This document shows, piece after piece, positions 30,419 to 39,537 of a stretch of 64,000 nucleotides of DNA. Source of the stretch: Dehalococcoidia bacterium (lineage in GTDB: Bacteria > Chloroflexota > Dehalococcoidia > Lucifugimonadales > UBA3495). The first letter of the stretch is position 1, and the number at the start of each line of letters is the position of its first letter. The notes under the pieces were generated by a model. It worked only from the letters and a program-made list of their open reading frames with translations. It did no database searches and was not told the origin of the DNA. The stretch covers positions 1,210,088-1,274,087 of the forward strand of contig OY730415.1 of assembly GCA_963422635.1 (NCBI GenBank), given 5' to 3'. The translations under genes were made by a program, and so were the position numbers.

Positions 30419-31093
30419 CTACGCTGGGGGCTGTTCCGCTTCCGGGGAGACATCTTCCACTCCGGAAGCGGGTTCCGCTTTGGCGACCGGGGCTTCTTCG
30501 GCGGTTGCCTCAACCGCATCGACCTCGACCTCGGGGACCGGCTCCGGTTCTGCTACTACCGCTACTTCGGTGGTCGGCGACTCTTCCCCGGCTTCGGCCG
30601 AAGGGGTGGCGTCGGTTGTTTCCGTTTCCGTTGACGCTTCGGCTACGGGCGAGGTTTCTGCGTCCGCCGTTGCCGCTGCGGTAGTATCTGTTGCGGCGGC
30701 AACGGAAGGGGCCGCCGGGACGGCAGGAACGGTTGCCGGGGCGGCGGGGGTGGCCGACACTGGGTCGGGAAGAACTTGCGGCTCCGGGATAGTCACTACC
30801 AAGGAGCGCAGCACCCGTTCATCCAGGCGCAGAAAGTTCTCCAAGGCCTGGTTGAAGGGCGTTTCGGTGGAGAACCGGGTCAGGCGATAGTTGCCCTCCA
30901 GAAAGTGATGGCCGCCCTGGTGAATTGCGTAGGCCAACCGGCGCGTACCCCAAGGTTGTTCCTGGAATATATCTCCGTTCCGACTGGTGATAAAGGCGCT
31001 AATCTGGCCCCAAGCCTCGGCGGCCTGGTCTTGGCTGAGCATCGGGCTGAGGATGGTTACAAGTTCGTAATGACGCAAGGAGGACTCCTGCAA
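30419..31093 (-). CDS. rpsF: 30S ribosomal protein S6 with about 120-aa Ala/Thr/Glu/Pro-rich C-terminal extension
   Basis: RHYELVTILSP...WGTRRLAYAI core, followed by a low-complexity acidic tail. Confidence 0.85.
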   Translation of the reverse strand: MQESSLRHYELVTILSPMLSQDQAAEAWGQISAFITSRNGDIFQEQPWGTRRLAYAIHQGGHHFLEGNYRLTRFSTETPFNQALENFLRLDERVLRSLVVTIPEPQVLPDPVSATPAAPATVPAVPAAPSVAAATDTTAAATADAETSPVAEASTETETTDATPSAEAGEESPTTEVAVVAEPEPVPEVEVDAVEATAEEAPVAKAEPASGVEDVSPEAEQPPA

Positions 31094-31248
31094 AAAATTA
31101 ACCCAATTAAACTTGGTGGGATTATAACATTAGCGAGGCTAACCGCTCAACCATTCGGCTATCGGGTATTTTAATTCCGAACGCTTTAGTTGCCAGGAAA
31201 GGTATCCCCTCTTTACTCCGGAGGGTGGAGAGTTGAAAGACGCTGCCT

Positions 31249-32493
31249 TCAGGAATCCAGTCCCGGCGTCGGAAAGCGGGCGGTAAGCTTCTTGACGGCC
31301 TCCTTGACCTGCGCCTTAACCTGGGGGTCGCCCACATTGTTCAAGGTCTGGACGATTAGCCGGGACACCTCTTTAACCTCCGCTTCGGCAAAGCCCCGAC
31401 TGGTAATGGCCGGCGTTCCGAGGCGCAAGCCGCTGGCTACCCGGGGCGGGTTGGGGTCAAAGGGAATAGCATTTTTGTTGGCGACGATGCCGACCGATTC
31501 CAGGGCCGTTTCCGCTGCTTGGCCGGTAATGCCCAGCGGCGTCAAGTCCACCAGAATCAGGTGGTTCTCGGTGCCGCCGGAGACCAGCCGCAGTCCAGCC
31601 TCGGATAGCTCGTCGGCCATCACTCCGGCGTTGACGACGACTTGGTTGGCGTAGCGGGCGAATTCGGGGCGCAGCGCCTCGCCGAAGCAGACGGCCTTGG
31701 CGGCGATGACGTGCATCAGTGGCCCGCCCTGCATCAAGGGGAACACCGAAAAGTCTATCTGGCGGGCCAGTTCCGCCGTGCAGAGGATGAACCCGCCCCG
31801 GGGGCCGCGCAGGCTTTTTTGGGTGGTAGAAGTTACTACTTGAGCGTGCGGGAAGGGCGAGGGATGGGCGCCGCCGGCAACCAGCCCGGCGATGTGGGCC
31901 ATATCCACCATCAAGGTGGCGTCCACCGCGTCGGCGATGGCCCGAAAGCGCGGAAAGTCTAGCCGCTTGGCGTAGGCGCTGCATCCGGCGACAATCAGCT
32001 TGGGCCGATGTTCGTGGGCCAGCCGTTCTACCTCGTCATAGTCGATATGCTCGGTGTCCCGGTTCACGCCATAAGGAACGAAGTTATAGAGCTTGCCGGA
32101 AAAGTTGACTTCAGCGCCGTGGGTCAGGTGGCCGCCGTGGGCCAATTCCATCCCCAGCACCGTATCGCCCGGCTCCAGCAAGGCGAAATAGACGGCCATG
32201 TTGGCCTGGGCGCCGCTGTGGGGCTGGACGTTGGCGTGCTCGGCGCCGAAAAGCTTCTTGGCCCGCTGAATCGCCAAGCTTTCCACCACGTCCACATGTT
32301 CGCAGCCGCCATAATAACGGCGGCCCGGGTAGCCCTCGGCGTACTTATTGTTCATCACGCCGGCCTGGGCGGTCAGCACCCCTTGGCTGGCATAGTTTTC
32401 CGAGGCGATAAGAACGACGCAATTACGCTGCCGCTCGTCCTCCCGTTGAATGGCGCGAGCGACCTCCGGGTCCTGTTGGCTCAACAGGGACAT
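31249..32493 (-). CDS. glyA: Serine hydroxymethyltransferase
   Basis: [21 protein letters not shown] and [14 protein letters not shown] (PLP-Lys) motifs. Confidence 0.95.
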   Translation of the reverse strand: MSLLSQQDPEVARAIQREDERQRNCVVLIASENYASQGVLTAQAGVMNNKYAEGYPGRRYYGGCEHVDVVESLAIQRAKKLFGAEHANVQPHSGAQANMAVYFALLEPGDTVLGMELAHGGHLTHGAEVNFSGKLYNFVPYGVNRDTEHIDYDEVERLAHEHRPKLIVAGCSAYAKRLDFPRFRAIADAVDATLMVDMAHIAGLVAGGAHPSPFPHAQVVTSTTQKSLRGPRGGFILCTAELARQIDFSVFPLMQGGPLMHVIAAKAVCFGEALRPEFARYANQVVVNAGVMADELSEAGLRLVSGGTENHLILVDLTPLGITGQAAETALESVGIVANKNAIPFDPNPPRVASGLRLGTPAITSRGFAEAEVKEVSRLIVQTLNNVGDPQVKAQVKEAVKKLTARFPTPGLDS

Positions 32494-32822
32494 GACATAA
32501 GCCTGCCTTTGAATGAAAGATGAACGCGTGAATTAGCTGCCGGGCCGGCCAAGACCGCCGGGCGGAAAGAGCGCAGAGGCCAAACCCCCAAGCCGCCGCC
32601 CAACAAGCAACCAAGGTAGTATAACCCTACGCGGGTTGCCTGTCAAAAAGGAGCAGGGCGGCGGGCGAGACAATTCCGGGTTGAGGCGCTGTTAGACCGT
32701 CATTGCGGCGAAGGAGGGGCAAGGGGGAAGGACGGCGCGGGCCGGGGATTACCATGCTTGACCGCCTCGTGAGGTCGTTGTAATCCGGAAGGACGGCGAG
32801 GGCCGGGATTATTCTACATGTT

Positions 32823-33262
32823 TTATTTTACATAATGAATTGCGAATAATTGGTCATTAATTATGGCCGCTTGCTCGTAGTTTCCTCGGAAACCGTCAAC
32901 CAGTAAACGCATTACCAAGTTTACGTCAGACCGTTTCTCTTCCGCATCTTTGACGGTAACCTATTCGGGCAACCCCGGTATCGGGTTCGCCAAGGGTCTG
33001 GTTTTGGTTTCGGAGCGGAAAACGCCGTAGTAAATCTCCAAGTCGGGCAGAGCTTTCAAAGCTCTTAAATAAGCCTGCTGTCGTTGAGGCTAGGGAGTAT
33101 CAGCAAGGGGTGGATGAATTCGAGCGGTGAAGTAACAAACTTCCTGGAGCGTATCCTCAGGGAACCGGTTTCGGCCAGCTTTCGCAAGTCCAGCTACTTA
33201 AAGGGCGTGTTCTTGAAGGCCCGATAGTAGAGGTTGAACCGGTCAATATAGATATTGGTCGG
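32823..33262 (-). pseudogene. Decayed NYN (PIN-like) domain gene
   Basis: Minus-strand translation gives NIYIDRFNLYYRAFKNTPFK*LDLRKLAE. After a frameshift it gives ALKALPDLEIYYGVFRSETKTRPLANP...PE*VTVKDAEEKRSDVNLVMRLLVDGFRGNYEQAAIIND. No start codon, two in-frame TAG, truncated; AT-rich. Confidence 0.55.
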
Positions 33263-33292
33263 CGACGATACTCCTGACGCTCCCGACTCCTG

Positions 33293-33326
33293 AAAAAACC
33301 GAGGCCGCCCAACCGGTCGGTCTCGG
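33293..33326 (-). terminator. Orphan rho-independent terminator (minus strand)
   Basis: 9-bp stem (33299-33307 / 33318-33326) followed on the minus strand by a T6 run (A6 at 33293-33298 on plus). No intact minus-strand gene lies upstream of it. Confidence 0.45.
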
Positions 33327-33604
33327 CCCTACCGCCGAAGCGATAGGAGGGATACGCAGACTATTCTAACGGAAAACCCGAGATTGTCAGTATCCACTTA
33401 CTAGCGTAACCGTTCCGGCGTAACCGTTCCGGGTTGATGCGCCGTATGCGCCGTTAAACCGGCCGGCATTACCCGGCCACCGCCGTCATTCCCGAGCCAG
33501 CCGAAACCCAGCGGCGCCCGGTCCAACCCGCCCTCCGATCTCTTAATCTCTTAACCCTCCCAAGCTACCGCCTTGCTCCGGCGGGACAGCGATCCCCTCC
33601 AACC

Positions 33605-33633
33605 TTGACAACCGTCCCTCCCTCTTTGACAAT
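33605..33633 (+). promoter_or_regulatory. Candidate promoter for the alpha/beta hydrolase gene
   Basis: TTGACA (33605-33610), 17-nt spacer, GACAAT (33628-33633). Confidence 0.4.
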
Positions 33634-33716
33634 CAAGAAGTTCCACACATCTAACTTCCGCAACTACCTGCTTAATAACCGTCCGCCGGAGCAAGCGCCG
33701 GCCAGAAGGAGTTCTT

Positions 33717-34514
33717 ATGACCACCAGTTCGGTAGCATGGACTGAAGAGACAGTAGAGGTAGCCGGCGGCCAAATCCAGCTGCTCAAGGGCGGCTCCGGC
33801 GCGCCGCTGTTAGTTCTCCACGACGAAATGGGACACCCCGGCTGGCTGCGCTGGCACGAAGCCCTGGCCCAAAATCGCACCCTTTATATCCCCTGGCACC
33901 CCGGCTTTGGCCCGTCGCCGGAGTTGGATTGGGTAATGAACCTGCACGACCTGGCCGTCTGGTACTTGGGCGCCCTGGACGACCTGGGCTTGGCGGACGT
34001 GGATGTAATCGGCTTTTCCCTGGGCGGCTGGCTGGCGGCGGAAATGGCGGTGATGTGTCCGCCGCAGTTCCGGAAGCTGACCCTGGTGGCCGCCGCTGGC
34101 GTCCGCCCCCCGGAAGGTGAAATCTACGACATCTTCCAGGTAGTCGCCAAGTCCTATATCAACCGCTGCCTGCTGGCCCCGGAGTCGGTAGCCGAGTTCC
34201 AGTCCATCTGCCCCGACGAGCCGACGCCGGAGCAGCAGGAAAACTGGGAAACATCGCTGGAGGGCGCCTGCCGCCTCAGTTGGCGGCCCTACATGCACTA
34301 CCCGGCCCTGCCCCATCTGCTGCCCCGCCTCAAGCGGCTGCCCACCCTGCTGGTCTGGGGCCGCCAAGACCCCATCATTCCCTTGAGCGCCGGCCAGCTC
34401 TACCACGCCTCCATCCCCAACTCCCGCCTGGAGATAATCGAAAACTGCGGTCACCGCCCCGAAGTAGAACACCCGGAACGGTTCGTCGAGCTGGTGCGGG
34501 AGTGGTTGGGGTAG
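33717..34514 (+). CDS. Alpha/beta-fold hydrolase
   Basis: GFSLGGW nucleophile elbow (GxSxG), C-terminal His (NCGHRPEVEHPE); RBS AAGGAG. Confidence 0.8.
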   Translation: MTTSSVAWTEETVEVAGGQIQLLKGGSGAPLLVLHDEMGHPGWLRWHEALAQNRTLYIPWHPGFGPSPELDWVMNLHDLAVWYLGALDDLGLADVDVIGFSLGGWLAAEMAVMCPPQFRKLTLVAAAGVRPPEGEIYDIFQVVAKSYINRCLLAPESVAEFQSICPDEPTPEQQENWETSLEGACRLSWRPYMHYPALPHLLPRLKRLPTLLVWGRQDPIIPLSAGQLYHASIPNSRLEIIENCGHRPEVEHPERFVELVREWLG

Positions 34515-34585
34515 GGGGGAGACGGGGCAGTTTATGCAAGTTTCTTGTCGCATACCTCAACGACACGACCTGTTGTGGAGACGTT

Positions 34586-35794
34586 ATGAAGCTAACAAAA
34601 GCTCAGCAACAAGCAGTGAAATATAGTGGCCGAAACCTACAATTGATCGCTTGCGCAGGTTCAGGTAAAACCGAAGTGGTAGCGCAGCGGATCGCTCACC
34701 TGCTTACCAAACCCGGGTCCGACCGTCTCGAACCTAAAAATATTGTTGCGTTCACTTTCACCAATAAGGCCGCTTCTGAACTGAAGGAACGTATTGTCGA
34801 AAGAACAAAGGAAGCAGCAGAGGGCGAAGTTACCGGAATGGCCAATATGTACGTCGGCACCATTCACGGGTTTTGCCAGGAACTTCTGCAATCTGAGGTC
34901 CCACAGTACTCGAAATATGAGATTCTGGAGGCTGTTCGACAGGGGATTTACGTGGATCGCTATAGTACCCAAACCGGGTTGACCACTACTTCCACTCTCA
35001 ACGGGCGAGCATTAAAGCGGTGGAGCGACACCAGCCGGTACCTGGATGCTTTGTCGGTCTTGCGAGAGGATGAGGTCGATGGCGATAAATTGGAAGATTG
35101 CTCCATATGGGAAGGTCTGCGCAAATATCGTAACCGGTTAACTGAAGATTCATACTTTGACTTTTCTGCATTGCTTGAGATAGCCGTTGCAGAACTTGAG
35201 AACAACAAAGATCTGAGATCTAAAATATCTGAACAGTTAAAATACGTGGTAGTTGATGAATACCAGGATGTCAACCCTATCCAAGAAAGATTAGTAAAGC
35301 TATTGTACGATTTGGGCGCCAACTTATGCGTTGTTGGGGACGACGACCAAACCATTTATCAATGGCGAGGCAGCTCAGTCGAAAACATCTTGACCTTCCA
35401 AGACCGCTATTCTCCCGTGGAACAAATTAGGCTTGAAGAGAATTTCAGGTCCAGTCAAGGTGTTATTGATACAGCCCGCATGTTCATAGAGAAAGTTGAA
35501 GGTAGATTGCGCAAAGCAATGAAAGCAACCGATGCTCAACCATTTGAGACAGGAGACGTGGTTGCCCTGTCCTTCGAAACGCCAGAAGCAGAGGCCAAGT
35601 ATATTGCCGAAACAATCAAGTCGCTACGTGGAGTGGCATTCGACGATGGTGATAGCAAGCGCGGCATTTCGTGGTCAGACATGGCAGTTCTGTTAAGAAG
35701 CGTAAGAAATAATGGAGTAGTCATCACAGAAGCGCTGAAGCTTGCAAATATTCCGTTTGTTGTCAGTGGGTTGGTTAATCTCTTTGAGGCGTAA
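34586..35794 (+). CDS. UvrD/Rep-type SF1 helicase, N-terminal part (motifs Q-IV) of an interrupted helicase-nuclease gene
   Basis: ATG at 34586 preceded by GGAG. CAGSGKTEV, FTFTNKAASEL, VDEYQDVN, VVGDDDQTIYQWRGS and ENFRSS motifs. Ends at TAA 35792-35794 inside the helicase fold. Confidence 0.8.
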   Translation: MKLTKAQQQAVKYSGRNLQLIACAGSGKTEVVAQRIAHLLTKPGSDRLEPKNIVAFTFTNKAASELKERIVERTKEAAEGEVTGMANMYVGTIHGFCQELLQSEVPQYSKYEILEAVRQGIYVDRYSTQTGLTTTSTLNGRALKRWSDTSRYLDALSVLREDEVDGDKLEDCSIWEGLRKYRNRLTEDSYFDFSALLEIAVAELENNKDLRSKISEQLKYVVVDEYQDVNPIQERLVKLLYDLGANLCVVGDDDQTIYQWRGSSVENILTFQDRYSPVEQIRLEENFRSSQGVIDTARMFIEKVEGRLRKAMKATDAQPFETGDVVALSFETPEAEAKYIAETIKSLRGVAFDDGDSKRGISWSDMAVLLRSVRNNGVVITEALKLANIPFVVSGLVNLFEA

Positions 35795-35926
35795 GAAGCG
35801 CGAGCAGCCAGAGACCTTTTCTACTTTATATCGGGCGCATCGTTCGACTCGTCCCAGCTAGATGCCACTGCGCTACGCCAGTCGTGGGATCAAGCCCAAC
35901 TTGGTATATCAAAAGAAAAACTGGAC

Positions 35927-37339
35927 GTGGCGTTGAGATATGCCGAAAGCGTCCACGCCGATTTACGCTCTGAAGGCTCCAGTAATGCGCCAACTATACA
36001 AAGAGCGTTTCTGAAATTCCTAGAACTAACGGAGGTTCGGGAGGAAAAAATCCCGGACAATCGCGGTGAGGTCGTGTTCTTCAACCTCGGGAGGTTCAGT
36101 GAAGCTATTACGGATTGGGAAACTATTCATTTCAGGTCAAAGCCAATAGACTCTTTCCAATCATTCGCACGGTTTCTCTGCTACCAAGCTGAAGGCTCTT
36201 ATAGTGAAGGGGCCGAAGACAATGATTATATAGTCCCTGACGCTGTTCAAATTATGACAGTCCACCAGGCTAAGGGCCGAGAGTGGCCCGCAGTGTTTTT
36301 ACCCGCTCTGTTGCGAAATCGCTTTCCATCGTCTAACCGGAAGAGTTCCGTTTGGGATTTAGTCCCTGGCCAAGCAATTAATAACTCTGCCCGTTATGAT
36401 GGATCCAAAGAGGACGAAAGGCGCCTGTTTTACGTCGCTATGACGAGAAGCAAGAAGTTTCTCCATATGACTTGGGCGCCAATTCAAGGAAAGAACAATA
36501 GGTACGCTAGGAAGTCGGAGTTCTGGGACGACGTTTTGGCATCCGAATACGTTAAACGGCGTCATCCTGATTACGCAGATCGCCGCCGTATAGAAGCCCA
36601 ACCAAAAGCCTCTGTCGCCAATGTTGAGTTTTCTTTCAGTGACTTGAAATACCTATTCGAATGCCCATACCAGTTCAAACTGAGGGTCTTGTACGGTTTC
36701 AATAATCCACTCGTTCCCCCAATGGGTTACGGGAAGTCGCTACACGATGCTTTGGCGGAAGTACACCAGCGCGCAATGCGTGGCAAGATGGTCACCGTAG
36801 ACGATGTCCCTGAACTGGTCAACTGCCATTTGCGGATTCCGTACGCTGCACAAGACTTGCGCGACCGGCTTGGAGAGTTAGCTCATCGAGATATCACCAA
36901 CTACATCGTTGACAATGCTGAAAACCTCCGCTACATAGAGTTCTACGAGCAGTCAGTCCAAGTTAACCTCGATGATGGCGTTAGCATTAAGGGCCGTATC
37001 GATTTGGTGCGCCGCACCGATACTAACGAAACTACCATCGTGGATCTTAAATCCAACGAGCGTAGCCAAGAAGAAGAGGTGACTGAAACACAACTGCATA
37101 CCTATGCACTAGGGTATCAAGAACTCACTGGGAAAGATGCCGACTTCGTTGAGATATATGAGCTAGAGGGCAGGCGTCCTATCAAAAGAGCGGTGGATGA
37201 AGGGTTCATAGACGACGTCCGTACCAAAACCCTAGATGCTGCCAAGTCATTGCGCACGATGAAACTTGAGCCCACCCCTAGCGTAGCAACTTGTCATCAG
37301 TGTGATTTTTCCGCTCTCTGTAGCAAGAGCTTGAGCTAA
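35927..37339 (+). CDS. UvrD C-terminal helicase domain fused to a Cas4/AddB-type PD-(D/E)XK nuclease (same frame as 34586..35794; frame is open from 35795)
   Basis: Helicase motifs TVHQAKGREWPAVF (V) and RLFYVAMTRSKKFL (VI). Nuclease motifs ECPYQF, GRIDLV, IVDLKS, QLHTYALGY and terminal CHQCDFSALC (4-Cys cluster). Confidence 0.75.
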   Translation: MALRYAESVHADLRSEGSSNAPTIQRAFLKFLELTEVREEKIPDNRGEVVFFNLGRFSEAITDWETIHFRSKPIDSFQSFARFLCYQAEGSYSEGAEDNDYIVPDAVQIMTVHQAKGREWPAVFLPALLRNRFPSSNRKSSVWDLVPGQAINNSARYDGSKEDERRLFYVAMTRSKKFLHMTWAPIQGKNNRYARKSEFWDDVLASEYVKRRHPDYADRRRIEAQPKASVANVEFSFSDLKYLFECPYQFKLRVLYGFNNPLVPPMGYGKSLHDALAEVHQRAMRGKMVTVDDVPELVNCHLRIPYAAQDLRDRLGELAHRDITNYIVDNAENLRYIEFYEQSVQVNLDDGVSIKGRIDLVRRTDTNETTIVDLKSNERSQEEEVTETQLHTYALGYQELTGKDADFVEIYELEGRRPIKRAVDEGFIDDVRTKTLDAAKSLRTMKLEPTPSVATCHQCDFSALCSKSLS

Positions 37340-37386
37340 TACGTGGACGCGCCTTATTCACAATGGATAGCCGGCGATGAACCTGG

Positions 37387-37398
37387 CCCCCCCCCCCC
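37387..37398. repeat. Poly-C tract (12 nt) in a C-rich spacer
   Basis: C12, followed by ttgccaCCCCCCgtCCCCC. Lies between the helicase-nuclease stop and the next gene. Confidence 0.9.
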
Positions 37399-37479
37399 TT
37401 GCCACCCCCCGTCCCCCGGCGCTAAACTCTGCCCAATCCCCCCGGCTTTAACGCTACCTTCCCGATTTGAGGTGTTGAT

Positions 37480-38763
37480 ATGCTCATCGGCCACTTTACC
37501 GAACAGCCCTGGCAAGACGACCAATCCGGCTTGATGGGAACCCAGTCCACCGACCTCAGCATCAGCAACGAACATTATAACCCCTCCGTCGGCGCCCAGC
37601 TCTACAACCGCTACCTCGACGAAAAGGTCTATGCCGAGGAAATGGGCTTCGACGCCCTCATGCTCAACGAACACCACAGCACCCCCTTCTGTATGCAGGG
37701 CGTTACCAACGTCGGCGCCTCCATCCTCGCCCGCATCACCAACAAAGCCAAAATCATCATCCTCGGCAACGTCCTGCCCATCTGGGAAGACCCCCTCTGG
37801 CTGGCCGAACAGCTGGCGATGATTGACATGATCTCCCACGGCCGCCTGGTATCCGGCTTTGTGCGCGGCGGCGGCCGGGAAAGCTACTCCCACAACGCCC
37901 CGCCCCACTTCAACCGGGAACGGTTCGAAGAAGCCCACGACTTCCTCATTAAAGCCTGGACCACCCCCGGCCCATGGCGTTGGGAAGGCAAGCACTACCA
38001 CTACCGCTACGTCAACCCTTGGGCGCGCCCCCTGCAGCAACCCCATCCGCCCATCTGGATCCCCTCCACCGTCAGCGTCGAGACCGTGAAATGGACCGCC
38101 GAGAAAGGCTACCCCCTGGTGTTGCTGGCGACCAGGCTGGAGCCAACCAAAGAGGCCTTCCAGCTCTACCACGACACCGCCGCCGAATTCGGCCACAAGT
38201 CGGGAACCCAGAACGTCGCCTACCTGTGGAAAGTCCACGTGGACGAAACCGAAGAAAAAGCCGACGAGGTAGGCCGCAAGTACCTCTCCGGCGTCAGCAA
38301 CCCCTTCCTCTCCGGCAACGAAGGACAGGTCAATCCGGCCATCATGAACCTGCCTGGCCATACCTCCCGCGCCTCCCGGCGGCTGTCCACCACCTCCTTC
38401 GGGCCAGCGGGCCGCTTCGGAACCAACCGCCGCCCCTACGAAGACCAGGCCGCCGACTACAGCATCATCTCCGGCACGCCCAAGACGGTGCTGCCTAAAA
38501 TCCGCCACGTCCTGGAATATCTGCGACCCGGCAGCGTCTTCTTCTGGGACGGCGACGGCGCCATGAGCCACGAAGACCAGATGCGCAGCCTGCGCCTGAT
38601 GGGGCAAGAGGTTATCCCGGCGGTGCGAGAGATGGCTAAAGAACTGGATCTGAAGAGCCCCTTCGAGGTTGACCCCAAAACCGGCGAACCCGTTTCCGAT
38701 ACCCCCGATACTACCGATACCGTCGCCGCCCAGACCCTGGACCCGGTGGCCGGCGACAACTAA
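37480..38763 (+). CDS. Luciferase-like (LLM-class) flavin-dependent oxidoreductase
   Basis: MGFDALMLNEHH and ...GRLVSGFVRGG patterns typical of the TIM-barrel LLM family; 427 aa. Confidence 0.75.
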   Translation: MLIGHFTEQPWQDDQSGLMGTQSTDLSISNEHYNPSVGAQLYNRYLDEKVYAEEMGFDALMLNEHHSTPFCMQGVTNVGASILARITNKAKIIILGNVLPIWEDPLWLAEQLAMIDMISHGRLVSGFVRGGGRESYSHNAPPHFNRERFEEAHDFLIKAWTTPGPWRWEGKHYHYRYVNPWARPLQQPHPPIWIPSTVSVETVKWTAEKGYPLVLLATRLEPTKEAFQLYHDTAAEFGHKSGTQNVAYLWKVHVDETEEKADEVGRKYLSGVSNPFLSGNEGQVNPAIMNLPGHTSRASRRLSTTSFGPAGRFGTNRRPYEDQAADYSIISGTPKTVLPKIRHVLEYLRPGSVFFWDGDGAMSHEDQMRSLRLMGQEVIPAVREMAKELDLKSPFEVDPKTGEPVSDTPDTTDTVAAQTLDPVAGDN

Positions 38764-39076
38764 CCAACTCCGAGCCGAGCGACTGGTCCGGCTACCCTTT
38801 GATCCGACCCAACGCCGGGCGGCTGGCCCGGCGGCGATTGCCCAGCCCCCTTAGACCTTATAAGAGGGCATAGGAGGACAATCGCCGCCGAGATACCCAT
38901 CCTTCTGGCCCCGCCCTTTCCCATCCCCCCTTCGAAAGCCGGGCCGGGGTGAGGGTAGCCGTCGCCAGGGCCACCTGCAGTTAACAAACATTTAACCTTT
39001 TCGTAACTCTGGCTTAAAACCTTGCCATCATTCTGAACTTGTCAGACATCTAACTGGAAAGCCCGGGAGGGCCAGT

Positions 39077-39406
39077 ATGGAATTAAGCCTTTGTCCGGTC
39101 AAAAAAATCGACTGCGCAGTCAGCTCCCTGATAATTACTTGGCAGGACGGTGAACAGAGAGCTCTTCCGCACCGCTGGCTCCGCGAAAACGCTCCGGAAA
39201 ACTACTCTCCGGTAATCAGAGAGGAACTGACCGATTACTATGACTCTCAGGAAACTCCTTCCCCCCGCTCCGTTGCCGTAGAGTACGACGAGACCTTGGT
39301 AGTATCCTGGGCCGGCCGGTGGGAAGTTACCCGCCATCCCCTTTCTTACTTAAGGGAGTATCCGCCGCCGCTCGAGTCCGTCGAGTTGTCTCTGGCCGCC
39401 GATTAG
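39077..39406 (+). CDS. DUF971-like small protein
   Basis: ITWQDGEQRALPHRWLRENAP resembles the DUF971 core; weak call. Confidence 0.4.
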   Translation: MELSLCPVKKIDCAVSSLIITWQDGEQRALPHRWLRENAPENYSPVIREELTDYYDSQETPSPRSVAVEYDETLVVSWAGRWEVTRHPLSYLREYPPPLESVELSLAAD

Positions 39407-39435
39407 GCCCCGGTTCTGTTATTTTCGCTGAAGGC

Positions 39436-39444
39436 TGGTATAAT
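39436..39444 (+). promoter_or_regulatory. Candidate extended -10 promoter (TGgTATAAT) for the two-component operon
   Basis: TGG+TATAAT lies about 95 nt upstream of the ATG at 39538. Confidence 0.4.
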
Positions 39445-39537
39445 ATGCCTGAGAAGCGCGAAAGGTCAGCGCCGGACAGTTCGCTATCCGTGATTGACCG
39501 CGAAACTGCAAATTAAAACCCCTCCGCCAGAGGCCCG

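Noticed and set aside
34280-34585. N-terminal 102-codon extension of the helicase ORF in the track
   Set aside because: It overlaps the 3' end of the alpha/beta hydrolase in another frame, has high-GC Pro/Arg-rich composition unlike the rest of the gene, and lacks an RBS. ATG 34586 with GGAG is the composition switch point.
35792-35794. TAA as programmed read-through or recoding in the helicase-nuclease
   Set aside because: I know of no TAA recoding mechanism with a recognisable signal here. Nonsense mutation or base error is more parsimonious. It is reported as an interruption, not as recoding.
37354-38607. 417-aa minus-strand ORF antisense to the LLM gene
   Set aside because: Gly/Ala/Val/Asp-rich low-complexity translation with no motifs. 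This is a typical shadow ORF of a high-GC gene, and the plus-strand frame carries clear LLM motifs.
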